From Dehalococcoidia bacterium (GTDB lineage Bacteria; Chloroflexota; Dehalococcoidia; Lucifugimonadales; QGNO01): a DNA stretch of 64,000 nucleotides. Positions 8,400 to 19,709 of the stretch are shown piece by piece (the stretch's first letter is position 1; the number at the start of each line of letters is the position of its first letter). The DNA is taken from the NCBI GenBank assembly GCA_965261825.1, contig CBDHED010000003.1:135090-199089 (forward strand), read 5' to 3'. Under the pieces are notes generated by a model that was given only the letters and a program-made list of their open reading frames with translations, did no database searches and was not told the origin of the DNA. The position numbers were made by a program, and so were the translations under genes.

Positions 8400-9049
8400 G
8401 AGACGCAACCGACTCCGAATACCTACTCACGCACAAGACCGCAGAAGAGTACCGAAGCAAGGGCTACCAGGTCCTGTTGGAAGCGCCGCTGGACTTCATG
8501 CCGGGATTCAGAGCCGATCTGCTTGTTCGGAAGGGCGATGAGGCGAGGGTCATAGAAGTGAAGTCCAGAGCGTCACTGGCCGCCGACCCCAAGATAAGCG
8601 AGCTGGCGCGACTCATCGAGTCGATGCCAGGGTGGACTTTTGAGCTGGTTCTGGTGGGTGAACCGGAAAAGGTGGACTCGCCCGAAGGCGCACGTTCGTT
8701 TGAGAGCGATGGGATTCTGCAAAGGCTCGAAGAAGCCGAGAGATCTCTCCAAGCGGAATTACCGGAGGGGGCCTTCCTGCTCGCATGGTCGGCTTCTGAA
8801 GCCGTCATCAGAGAACTGCTTACAGCGCAGGGGGTATCCAGCAGGAGCATCACCTCGCCCGGTTATGTTCTCGACCAGGGGATATACCGTGGGGTCATCT
8901 CTAGGAACGACTACGACGCTCTGACCCGTATGCGAAAGTACAGAAACGCTATCGTCCATGGTTTCGGCACATACGACTTCAACGGTGAACTGGTAACGGA
9001 GCTCATTGCCACCATAAGACGCATCATGGCGAGGCGTTTTAGGGATTAG
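8393..9049 (+). CDS. PD-(D/E)xK nuclease-like N-domain fused to a C-terminal HEPN domain
   Basis: RADLLVRKGDEARVIEVKS gives D42...E55-x-K57, a restriction-endonuclease-like triad. YRNAIVHGF at nt 8942-8959 is a canonical HEPN R-N-x3-H motif. The start (TTG 8393 or GTG 8396) overlaps the RusA-like stop. Confidence 0.65.
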   Translation: MVRDATDSEYLLTHKTAEEYRSKGYQVLLEAPLDFMPGFRADLLVRKGDEARVIEVKSRASLAADPKISELARLIESMPGWTFELVLVGEPEKVDSPEGARSFESDGILQRLEEAERSLQAELPEGAFLLAWSASEAVIRELLTAQGVSSRSITSPGYVLDQGIYRGVISRNDYDALTRMRKYRNAIVHGFGTYDFNGELVTELIATIRRIMARRFRD

Positions 9050-9190
9050 GTCCATGGGCAAGTAGCCCTTGACGACTCGGTTCTGTCTACCGTCCACTTA
9101 GGCCCACCAAAGAGGAATCGAACGGGTCGTAGGGCACCAGTTGCTAGTTGGCACACCCCTTTCGTCGCCCCGCTTTACCTACCCGGCTTT

Positions 9191-11707
<2,517 letters not shown>

Positions 11708-11955
11708 CCTCAGAGTAATGCTCGTAACAGTCCGAGATCCCGCGCCGCTATCGGGATAGCATGGGTAGTCAAGCACCAGACTATCGTCCCCCGTGCATAG
11801 GGAGCTCACATTTGGCCACTTCCGTGGATACCTCATCATCTCTGAACAGTTACAATTGTGTTATTCTTTTGATAAAGATTTCACAAGTCTTGGGGTCAGA
11901 CGCCCACTAACAATCAGCCCTCTCCCGCAGGGGGTAGAACAGCAGGAGTTGCTCT

Positions 11956-14900
11956 GTGACATTCCTCACCGCATTGGCATTACGCCGCCCGACGGTTGCC
12001 CTCTTGGCCATCATTATCGTCTTGACCTCCGGCATTCTTGCGTACCGGTCCATGCAGGTGGAGCTCTTCCCGCAAATTGAGTTTCCTCTGGTTACGGTAT
12101 TTGCCTCCTACCCTTCCGCAGATCCTGGCGCGGTGGTTCGAGAAGTCACGGACCCAATCGAACGGGCCATTTCTGGCGCGGATGGACTGGAACTTCTCCA
12201 GTCCACGTCCTCTGAAGGGAATGCCGTGATCTTCGCGACATACAAGTTCGGGACGGACATGGCTGCTGCGGCGAGCGACGTTGAGAATTCCCTTAACGGT
12301 TTGAACTTCCCCCCAGGCGTCGACAGCCCCACCGTGGGCCGTTTCAACCCTGACGACTTTCCGGTGATCCAGTTCGGCGTCGTTTCCGATAGGCCACTTA
12401 CCGAAGTCCAGCGGCTGACGGAGGACCTTATCATCCCAGAGATTGAAGACATTGAGGGGGTCACGGAGGTCCGACTGACTGGAGGCGTGGAGCGCAACAT
12501 AACGGTAGTAGCGGATTTGAACAAGTTGTCGGCCAACGGCGTCTCCCTCTATCAAGTCTCCTCCGCACTACGCGAGAACAACGTGACGCTGCCGGCGGGC
12601 CTGCTTTTCGACGGCGGGCAGGCGGTCATCGCCAAGACCACGCACTCTCTGGACTCGGTTGATGAGCTCCAGAGCCTCGTCGTTGCCATCAACGAATCGG
12701 GGCCGGTGCGGCTGTCGGACGTAGCAACGGTCTCCTTTGGCTCGGCACGGCCCTCCAGCGTTTCCCGTATCAACGGGCAGCCCGGGCTCTCCGTATCTGT
12801 CACAAAGGATCCGGATGCCAACACCCTGGATGTCACGACCCTGGTGAACGAGAGCCTGGAAACCATCACGGGAATACCTGACGACGTCAACATCATCGTG
12901 GTGACCGACCAGGGCCCGGACATTCAGAGACAGATTGACAATCTGGTGAGAGAAGGCGTGTTTGGCTTCCTCTTTGCCGTTTCCGTGGTATTTGCATTCA
13001 TGCTCACCATCCGTCCGACCATTGTGCGAGGGCTGTTTACCACCATTAGGCCCACTGCCGTCATAGGGCTATCCATACCCCTCAGCGTCTTCACCGGCAT
13101 ACTCCTCATGTACTGGCAGGACATGTCCCTCAATTTCATGACACTGGGCGGCCTTGCCATCTCTGTAGGCCGGGTGGTGGACGACTCCATTGTCGTGCTG
13201 GAAAACGTGTACCGCCACATACAGGGCGGCCGAGAGCGCTGGCGCGCCGCGCTGGAGGCCACGGTGGAGGTGGGGCCGGCTATCTTCGCGTCCACTATGA
13301 CGACCGTTGTCGTCTTTGTGCCGCTGGCCTTCATAGAGGGGCTGGTGGGCTCATTCTTCCTCCCCTTCGCACTCACAGTAACCTTTGCGCTGTTGGCCTC
13401 TCTGATGGTGGCCCTCACCGCTGTGCCGGTGCTGGGCGCCCTGCTGCTGCGCCCGGGTGACCTGCCTGATGTCGCCGGCGACGAAGGCGATATCCCCATG
13501 CAAGAGACTTGGTTGCAACGGACGTATATCACCATTCTCAAGTGGGTGCTTGGGCACCGCGCCGTAACGCTCCTGGCCGCCGCCATCCTGACCCTGGGGA
13601 GCCTTGGCCTCCTGGCGATCATTCCGGTAAACCTTTTTGGCGGCGGCGGCGACCGGTTCCTGCAAATTGAATTGAGCTTGCCCCCAGGCTCAGGGGTGGA
13701 ACAGACCGTTGAGGCGGTCACGGGCATTGAGGCCCGGCTCGGAGAGTTCTCGGAAGTGTACAGCGTAACCATCGGCGCTGGTGGCGCTGACCCCGAGTTT
13801 GCCGGGATCCCCGCCGGGCTTGGAAGCGCAAGCTTTCTTGTCCAACTCTCGGAAGACGCCCCGCAGGACATTGCGGAAACGTTGCGTGAAGAGTTGGCCA
13901 AGCCTGGGCAGACCTTGCGAATATCGGAGGTCTCGGCTGGGCCACCCGTCGGGGGAGTTGAGATCGCCGTCACAGGCACCAACTACGACGACATCGCTGC
14001 GGTTTCCGCGGAATTGACCGCCTCCATAGCAACAATTGAAGGTGTTATCAATTTGGAAAGCGACGTCACCGAGGCCCGGACAGAGGTGGTCGTGGAGGTG
14101 GACCAGGAGAAGGCGGCGCTCGTTGGACTGACGACGCAGCAAGTCGGGTTGCAACTTAGCCAGTACCTCATCGGACAGCGAGTCACCACGATCAACGTTG
14201 ACGGCGAAACCGTGGACGTTTTCGTCTCCGGAGACCCACGGGCCGCGGGCGGCATCGAACAGCTCAAGTCGCTCATCATCGTGGGCCCTGCCGGCACCGT
14301 CCCGCTCGGTGACGTGGCGGAACCCGTCCTGCGGGAAGGGCCGGTCTCAATCACTCGAACGGACGGAATGCGGTCTTCCAGCATCGCAGGCGACATAGTC
14401 TCGGATAACGCGCAGGCGGTGGGCATTCTCATTGATGAGAAGATCGCAGCATTGGACCTGCCGCCGGGCGTGAGCGTGACCAGCGGCGGCATCTTCGCGG
14501 ACATTGAGGAGGGCTTCCAGGCCATATTCATCTCTATGGCCGTGGGCATCGTACTAGTCTACTTGGTTATGGTGGCCAGCCTCGGCAGCCTGCGGAACCC
14601 CTTTGTCATCGTTCTTACATTGCCCCTGGCGCTCATTGGCGTTATGGTCTCGCTTGTGGTAACCGACCGAGCGCTCGGTCTGGCGGCCATGATGGGAGTC
14701 CTCTTACTCATCGGCATCGTGGTCACCAACGCCATCGTGCTGATCTCCTTCGTGGAGCAGCAACGGACCCGCGGGTTGAGTGTCTACGACGCGCTGGTCT
14801 CCGGCGCACGAGTGCGGCTGCGCCCCATCCTGATGACGGCCATCACAACCAGCTTTGCACTGCTGCCCCTGGCCGTGGAAACGGAGGGGAGCGGGGGGAT

Positions 14901-15078
14901 TATCAGTGCGGAATTGGCGACGGTGGTTATAGGCGGACTCACCAGTTCCACGGCGCTGACCTTGCTGGTGCTGCCCATCGTCTACACACTCTTCAACGAC
15001 AGCATCCCGCGCCTGATCGACAGGCTGTTGCGTAGAAACGTTCCAGCCGCCGCGTCCGAAGCCACCGAAACAGCTTGA
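11956..15078 (+). CDS. RND (AcrB/HAE-type) efflux transporter; no adjacent adaptor or outer-membrane gene
   Basis: 1040 aa. N-terminus LALRRPTVALLAIIIVL...ELFPQIEFP, with 12-TM architecture and two large loops. GTG start with AGGAG 7 nt upstream. Confidence 0.9.
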   Translation: MTFLTALALRRPTVALLAIIIVLTSGILAYRSMQVELFPQIEFPLVTVFASYPSADPGAVVREVTDPIERAISGADGLELLQSTSSEGNAVIFATYKFGTDMAAAASDVENSLNGLNFPPGVDSPTVGRFNPDDFPVIQFGVVSDRPLTEVQRLTEDLIIPEIEDIEGVTEVRLTGGVERNITVVADLNKLSANGVSLYQVSSALRENNVTLPAGLLFDGGQAVIAKTTHSLDSVDELQSLVVAINESGPVRLSDVATVSFGSARPSSVSRINGQPGLSVSVTKDPDANTLDVTTLVNESLETITGIPDDVNIIVVTDQGPDIQRQIDNLVREGVFGFLFAVSVVFAFMLTIRPTIVRGLFTTIRPTAVIGLSIPLSVFTGILLMYWQDMSLNFMTLGGLAISVGRVVDDSIVVLENVYRHIQGGRERWRAALEATVEVGPAIFASTMTTVVVFVPLAFIEGLVGSFFLPFALTVTFALLASLMVALTAVPVLGALLLRPGDLPDVAGDEGDIPMQETWLQRTYITILKWVLGHRAVTLLAAAILTLGSLGLLAIIPVNLFGGGGDRFLQIELSLPPGSGVEQTVEAVTGIEARLGEFSEVYSVTIGAGGADPEFAGIPAGLGSASFLVQLSEDAPQDIAETLREELAKPGQTLRISEVSAGPPVGGVEIAVTGTNYDDIAAVSAELTASIATIEGVINLESDVTEARTEVVVEVDQEKAALVGLTTQQVGLQLSQYLIGQRVTTINVDGETVDVFVSGDPRAAGGIEQLKSLIIVGPAGTVPLGDVAEPVLREGPVSITRTDGMRSSSIAGDIVSDNAQAVGILIDEKIAALDLPPGVSVTSGGIFADIEEGFQAIFISMAVGIVLVYLVMVASLGSLRNPFVIVLTLPLALIGVMVSLVVTDRALGLAAMMGVLLLIGIVVTNAIVLISFVEQQRTRGLSVYDALVSGARVRLRPILMTAITTSFALLPLAVETEGSGGIISAELATVVIGGLTSSTALTLLVLPIVYTLFNDSIPRLIDRLLRRNVPAAASEATETA

Positions 15079-15182
15079 GCCCAAGACCGCCCGTGACCGG
15101 CACGGAAGGAGCAGACTAGCCCACCACGCCTTAAGACAACCGGTGGAGTATCGCTCACGGCTACTTCTTAGAGTCTGGCCTC

Positions 15183-15231
15183 ATCCAATCAACCGCCCAT
15201 AAGTACCGCACTTTTTCGTTGCTATTGCGTC
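15183..15231. repeat. intergenic direct repeat, copy 2 (downstream of the RND gene)
   Basis: atccaatcaaccgcccataagtaccgcactttttcgttgctattgcgtc; see copy 1. A weaker partial relative (tggcacaccc...tttatcc...) lies at 15327-15412. Confidence 0.7.
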
Positions 15232-15450
15232 CTGTCTTTAAGACGCCGATTCTAGGCACGAAATCCCGCCGCATTGTGTAGAGATGCCTTCTCTGGTACC
15301 CTGCGTTTGGGTTGATATCGCGTGGCTGGCACACCCGTCCGCCACGTTTTATCCCTAGTCCATCCAAAGTGACACCGGAGCGAATTTCTCGCCTCTTTTG
15401 TGCCTATTTACCAAACTTTGCTAGCTCAAACGCTGTGTTGAGGGAGCATT

Positions 15451-16230
15451 ATGACTGGAGAGAACGGATCATCGCAGAGTGCCGCCGAGCAGTTTGGCAG
15501 GCAGGCGGAGCATTACGCGGTAAGCACCGGCGTGCACGCCCACAGTGAGGGACTGGATGTATTGCAAGAGTACGCATCACTGGGTGGCCGCGGCGTTGCC
15601 GTGGACATAGCCACGGGGGCAGGGTTCACCGCGTTTGCCGTGTCTCCATACGTGGAGCGGGTGCTCGCCACCGATATAGCGGCCGGAATGTTGCAACAGA
15701 CCAGGCAGCTGGCCGGCGAGCGAAATCTGGGCAACGTAGAACTTGCCTTTGTTGAGGCAGAGCACATGCCCTTTGCCGGTGGTTCTTTGGACATGGTGAC
15801 GTGCCGGCAGGCGGCGCACCACTTCTACAAACTCCCCCTGGCGCTGCGGGAGATCAGTCGCGTGCTCAAGCCCGGCGGGGTGTTCTTGTTGAGCGACACT
15901 TGCGCTCCTGAAGAGGACGCTGTGGCGGCGTGGATGAACGATGTTGAGCTGAGGCGCGATACAACCCACGTTAGGGATAGGAAGCAGTCGGAGTGGCGCG
16001 CCATGCTACAAGAAGTCGGGCTGGCGGTAACCCACCTCCAGATGGCCAGAGTTCACCTGGAGTTCAACGACTGGGTGAAGCGATCGGCGACCCCGGAGGA
16101 AGAGGTGGAACCCTTGAGAAGGGACTTCCTATCGGCTTCTGAAACTGTTGTGGATGCTCTTGGCATAGAGCCTGAAGGCGGCGGCATCAACTTCAGCTGG
16201 CCGGTAGTGGTGTTGCGGGCTGTGAAGTAA
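15451..16230 (+). CDS. class I SAM-dependent methyltransferase (UbiE/Methyltransf_11-like)
   Basis: VDIATGAGFTAFAV is motif I. LKPGGVFLLSD is the post-I/III region. Confidence 0.8.
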   Translation: MTGENGSSQSAAEQFGRQAEHYAVSTGVHAHSEGLDVLQEYASLGGRGVAVDIATGAGFTAFAVSPYVERVLATDIAAGMLQQTRQLAGERNLGNVELAFVEAEHMPFAGGSLDMVTCRQAAHHFYKLPLALREISRVLKPGGVFLLSDTCAPEEDAVAAWMNDVELRRDTTHVRDRKQSEWRAMLQEVGLAVTHLQMARVHLEFNDWVKRSATPEEEVEPLRRDFLSASETVVDALGIEPEGGGINFSWPVVVLRAVK

Positions 16231-16250
16231 ATGAAACGGTAGATTGACCA

Positions 16251-16886
16251 ATGACCTTAGTGACAGACCGCCTTAGCTGGTTGGGCTTAAGAGTGATTAT
16301 TCTGGCCTCAGTGCTGGGAGTTTCCGGCTGTCTGGGTGGGATGCCTGAAACGCTCACACCGACGGCTACGCCCGTACCGCCACCGACGCCAACTCCAGCG
16401 GCTACGCCCGTACCACCACCGACGCCTACCAAAGGTAGGTATGAGACCTGCCCCTCCTTTGATCCGGATGAGGTGGAAGTGAGGTGGAAGATTGATCCGG
16501 ATGAGGTGGAATACGTTGGGCTATCGCTTCCTATAATGCCAAGTGAGGATGTCACCCTGCATCCGGAACTGGTAGAGGACACCATCGAGCTTGTCAAGAG
16601 GGCGTTAAAGGGTGATGGTACTATCAAAGAGCTCGGAATCGAAGAGGCAGGAGAGGCGATGCAAGTTACTGTGACAGATACTGGAGGAGGAGTTCGGATG
16701 GGTGGTCCTACACGTAAGTTGGGAGATGGCCGTGAACTGTACCACGAAGTTTGGCTGGGGGGATCGGCCACTTTTGAGGACGGTTCTGAGACCGGCTTCC
16801 AAGTCTGGGCTTATCCCGCACTCTCCAGCCGGGGTTGTACGATTCAACGTGTGATAATCTTCCATGAGTATTTTGCTCCCATCTAG
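16251..16886 (+). CDS. hypothetical lipoprotein with Pro/Thr-rich linker
   Basis: Signal peptide plus lipobox (LGVSGC), followed by TPTATPVPPPTPTPAATPVPPPTPT. No recognisable domain. Confidence 0.6.
   Translation: MTLVTDRLSWLGLRVIILASVLGVSGCLGGMPETLTPTATPVPPPTPTPAATPVPPPTPTKGRYETCPSFDPDEVEVRWKIDPDEVEYVGLSLPIMPSEDVTLHPELVEDTIELVKRALKGDGTIKELGIEEAGEAMQVTVTDTGGGVRMGGPTRKLGDGRELYHEVWLGGSATFEDGSETGFQVWAYPALSSRGCTIQRVIIFHEYFAPI
16365..16426 (+). repeat. 36-nt-period tandem duplication inside the lipoprotein linker
   Basis: gctacgcccgtaccgccaccgacgcc (16365-16390) and gctacgcccgtaccaccaccgacgcc (16401-16426), encoding ATPVPPPTP twice. Confidence 0.8.
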
Positions 16887-16950
16887 TGGCTAGGCGTGGG
16901 CGGGGCTAGTGGGAGGATTCTTGAACTCGTCCACAGACTGGCGATTACTT

Positions 16951-16975
16951 AGCAGTACCCTCAAAGGGTACTGCT
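16951..16975. terminator. perfect 11-bp hairpin between convergent genes (candidate bidirectional terminator)
   Basis: agcagtaccct-caa-agggtactgct. No strong U-tract. Confidence 0.45.
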
Positions 16976-17017
16976 TCAACCCGCTCGTTCCTCCTGGCTT
17001 TGTCCTGCCATCAATCC

Positions 17018-18001
17018 CTATATAGATTTACGTAACGCTTCCAAGTTTGCCCCTGGGCAGCGTGGCGAAATTGAGCATGTGGAGCCGATCATAAAGCTCT
17101 GGCTCTCAGTCTGGGCGATCGCCTCTTTGACTTCGCCGGCTACTGACCCGGGTTGGCCGTGCAGGAGTGTTTCGCGACTAACACCCCCTATGAGAGGTTT
17201 GCTTGTGAAAGTACGGGCTTGTTCAAGAGAGGGGTTGGTGGCGTCCTGCGTGTCCCAGTTGAAGGCTTGAACAGGATAATCGATAAGGTCCCTCAGCATG
17301 TTGTGGCTGCGGCAAACGTGAAGTACATTGAACCAAGCATCTTTGGCCGCGCTTAGGACGCGTAGATCATAGGGACGGCCAAACTCCGCGTACTCTTCGC
17401 TGGTGATGAGGTCCGTGGTAGCCCAGGACGTGGTCGCGAAGAAGATACCGTCAGCACCGGCGTTCAATATTTCGCTGACGTAGCTGCTAAAGGTCTGGGT
17501 GATCACCTCAAGGGCTGAGTGAATTCTGTCTGGGTGATGCCGCATCTGTTCTACTAGAGTACCCTCTGACTCCACTAGGCGTCCCGCAATGGAGATGGGG
17601 TTGAATACCGTCATTATGAAAGGCACATCACCGGCTAGGCCGTTCTTGATATCGCTCAGGGCCTTCAGATGTTCAGCGAGGACACCCGTAGTTGTTTTCA
17701 GAGGTTCAAGATAATCCCATTGTTCTAGTGAACCAACCGGCACATCCAGCGCAGTCGGGCCCTCGTTGGGGTCTGCTGGATACTGGAATGTGGCTCCCCA
17801 GTCTTCAACGTGATACTGAGCGCGCGGATTCACCTTCATGAAATCCCAGTCGTATTGCTGCTGGAAGCCAAGCATCGACTCTACAAGACCTTGGGTAGTC
17901 GTTTCTTTATCGTAGAAATGCCGCCACACACTGATGGGAGGCCGGTCAACCGTTTCACCTTCAAGTACCGCCTGTATTCGCTCTTGCTTTGTCAACGTCA
18001 T
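17018..18001 (-). CDS. uroporphyrinogen decarboxylase (URO-D) family protein, MtaA/CmuA-like
   Basis: ERIQAVLEGETVDRPPISVWRHF is the N-terminal signature of the URO-D/methyltransferase family. The internal ATG at 18001 is preferred because GAGGAGG lies 6 nt upstream. Confidence 0.7.
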   Translation of the reverse strand: MTLTKQERIQAVLEGETVDRPPISVWRHFYDKETTTQGLVESMLGFQQQYDWDFMKVNPRAQYHVEDWGATFQYPADPNEGPTALDVPVGSLEQWDYLEPLKTTTGVLAEHLKALSDIKNGLAGDVPFIMTVFNPISIAGRLVESEGTLVEQMRHHPDRIHSALEVITQTFSSYVSEILNAGADGIFFATTSWATTDLITSEEYAEFGRPYDLRVLSAAKDAWFNVLHVCRSHNMLRDLIDYPVQAFNWDTQDATNPSLEQARTFTSKPLIGGVSRETLLHGQPGSVAGEVKEAIAQTESQSFMIGSTCSISPRCPGANLEALRKSI

Positions 18002-18014
18002 TGGAGCCTCCTCA

Positions 18015-18173
18015 TTACCCTGTTTCTCCATGTTCTTTTTTCAATCGCTCGGCGCGGCGGCGAGTGATTTCTTGCAGCAACCGCACGCCTCTGCCGGTAA
18101 TGCGCATCTTGCGCTTGCTTTGCCGTTTCTGCTCGCGCCGGTCTGATCTGGTCTCGGGCTCTTCATCAGCCAT
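18015..18173 (-). CDS. possible 52-aa highly basic small protein (not in the ORF track)
   Basis: MADEEPETRSDRREQKRQSKRKMRITGRGVRLLQEITRRRAERLKKEHGETG. Its stop lies 13 nt upstream of the URO-D start on the same strand. No clear Shine-Dalgarno. Confidence 0.25.
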   Translation of the reverse strand: MADEEPETRSDRREQKRQSKRKMRITGRGVRLLQEITRRRAERLKKEHGETG

Positions 18174-18266
18174 AACCCGATGGTAAGGCAACATTTGGTC
18201 TCAAAGCAAACTAATGCCAGATAGCGTGATTTAGGTTACCATGTCCGCTGCTCCTAGGACGCAAGT

Positions 18267-19709
18267 ATGGACAAGCCGCGCTTGGTGAAACAACTCGAAC
18301 ACATTGTGGGCAAGCGGTCGGTGATTCACCACCCCGACGACCTGCTGGTCTACGAGTACGACGGTTCCGTGGATAGGGGATTACCCGCGGCCGTGGTGTT
18401 TCCTGCTTCTACGGAGCAGGTGTCACGGATTGTGGACCTGGCGGGTAGAGAAGGCCTGCCGGTTATACCAAGAGGCGCTGGGACTGGGCTTTCCGGCGGC
18501 GCCATTGCCTGCCAAGGCGGGATAGAGTTGGCGCTGACCAGGATGCGTTCTATTCTGGAGATAGACCCCCAGAATAGAATAGCCGTAGTTGAGCCCGGCG
18601 TTGTGAATCTTGATCTGTCCGTCGCTGCTTCCATGTACGGTCTCTATTTCGCCCCGGACCCTTCCAGCCAGCGCGCTTGCACCATAGGCGGAAACGTAGC
18701 CGAGAACTCCGGAGGACCTCACTGCCTGCGCTACGGGGTGACGACAAACCACGTGCTGTCCTTGCAGGTGGTGTTGGAGGACGCGTCTGTGGTGTGGCTG
18801 GGCGACCCCTACCGGTACCGGCCCGGGTACGATTTAGTAGGAGCGTTCGTTGGATCAGAGGGGATGATGGGGGTGGTTACAAAGGCGGTGGTGGGTTTGC
18901 TGCCCGCTCCGCAGTCGGTGAAGACAATGCTTGCCGTGTTCAGCGAAATCGAACAGGCCAGCATGGCTGTATCCGCGGTGATCGGCGGAGGACTGATACC
19001 TACTGCAATGGAGATGATGGATAGCCTGGCCATAAAGGCGGTGGAAACTGCAATCAACTTTGGATACCCCAAGGACGCTGGGGCGGTATTGCTCATAGAG
19101 GTGGATGGCCTGGAGGTGGAGGTGAATGAATCAGCCGGCGTGGTGCGAGAGATTTGCATTGATGCGGGGGCCACCGACGTCAAGGAAGCAAGCGAGGCTT
19201 CGGAAAGGGAACGGCTCTGGGCGGGAAGGAAGGGCGCTCTGGGCGCGCTGGGTACCCTGGCCCCGAACTATTACCTGGTAGACGGCGTGGTGCCAAGATC
19301 AAAGCTTCCGGATGTGTTGCGTAAGGTAGGGGAGATCAGTGAGGAGTACGGTTTAGCCGTTGCCAATGTCTTCCACGCCGGAGACGGCAACCTGCACCCC
19401 TGCATTGTTTTCGACGAAAGGCAGCCCGGCCAAACCGAACGAGTCATAGAGGCCGGCGGCAAAATACTGGAAGTGTGCGTGGACGCCGGTGGAGTCCTTA
19501 CTGGCGAGCACGGTGTAGGACTGGAGAAGAAGGCGTACATGCCGCTGATGTTCAGCGACGCCGATATGGATGCAATGCTTCAGCTAAAAGAGACCTTTGC
19601 CCCCAGGGGTCTGTTCAATCCCGGCAAGGTGTTCCCTGACGGCGTGTCCTGTCTGGATGCCGGGCAGCAAGCGGCGGTGGGCAGAGTTGGCGCCGGAGCC
19701 TGGACGTAA
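18267..19709 (+). CDS. glcD: glycolate oxidase subunit GlcD (FAD-linked oxidase)
   Basis: FAD_binding_4 motif PRGAGTGLSGGA. 480 aa. First gene of a D-E-F arrangement. Confidence 0.85.
   Translation: MDKPRLVKQLEHIVGKRSVIHHPDDLLVYEYDGSVDRGLPAAVVFPASTEQVSRIVDLAGREGLPVIPRGAGTGLSGGAIACQGGIELALTRMRSILEIDPQNRIAVVEPGVVNLDLSVAASMYGLYFAPDPSSQRACTIGGNVAENSGGPHCLRYGVTTNHVLSLQVVLEDASVVWLGDPYRYRPGYDLVGAFVGSEGMMGVVTKAVVGLLPAPQSVKTMLAVFSEIEQASMAVSAVIGGGLIPTAMEMMDSLAIKAVETAINFGYPKDAGAVLLIEVDGLEVEVNESAGVVREICIDAGATDVKEASEASERERLWAGRKGALGALGTLAPNYYLVDGVVPRSKLPDVLRKVGEISEEYGLAVANVFHAGDGNLHPCIVFDERQPGQTERVIEAGGKILEVCVDAGGVLTGEHGVGLEKKAYMPLMFSDADMDAMLQLKETFAPRGLFNPGKVFPDGVSCLDAGQQAAVGRVGAGAWT

Noticed and set aside
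11735-11760. ATCCCG...CGGGAT hairpin after katG, considered as a terminator.
   Set aside because: It has only a 6-bp stem, a 9-nt loop and no U-tract.
11860-11900. ACAATTGT palindrome and TTGATA/TTACAA hexamers upstream of the RND gene, considered as an operator or promoter.
   Set aside because: The palindrome is too short (8 bp). No regulator gene is adjacent and the spacing does not give a convincing -35/-10 pair. It cannot be supported from sequence alone.
12924-13982. Long antisense ORFs inside real genes. Examples: 352 aa at 12924-13982, 382 aa at 41276-42424, 318 aa at 22277-23233, 277 aa at 21420-22253, 256 aa at 59490-60260, 243 aa at 23648-24379, 224 aa at 35646-36320.
   Set aside because: These are typical stop-poor shadow frames of high-GC coding sequence. 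They are Arg/Pro/Ser/Gly-rich and low in complexity, have no recognisable domains, and each lies fully inside a well-supported gene on the other strand.
16360-16430. Short tandem nucleotide repeats considered as a possible CRISPR or VNTR array; a similar case lies at 55870-56080.
   Set aside because: The repeats are in frame inside coding Pro/Thr-rich linkers of secreted lipoproteins, with only 2-3 imperfect copies. They are not a spacer-repeat architecture.
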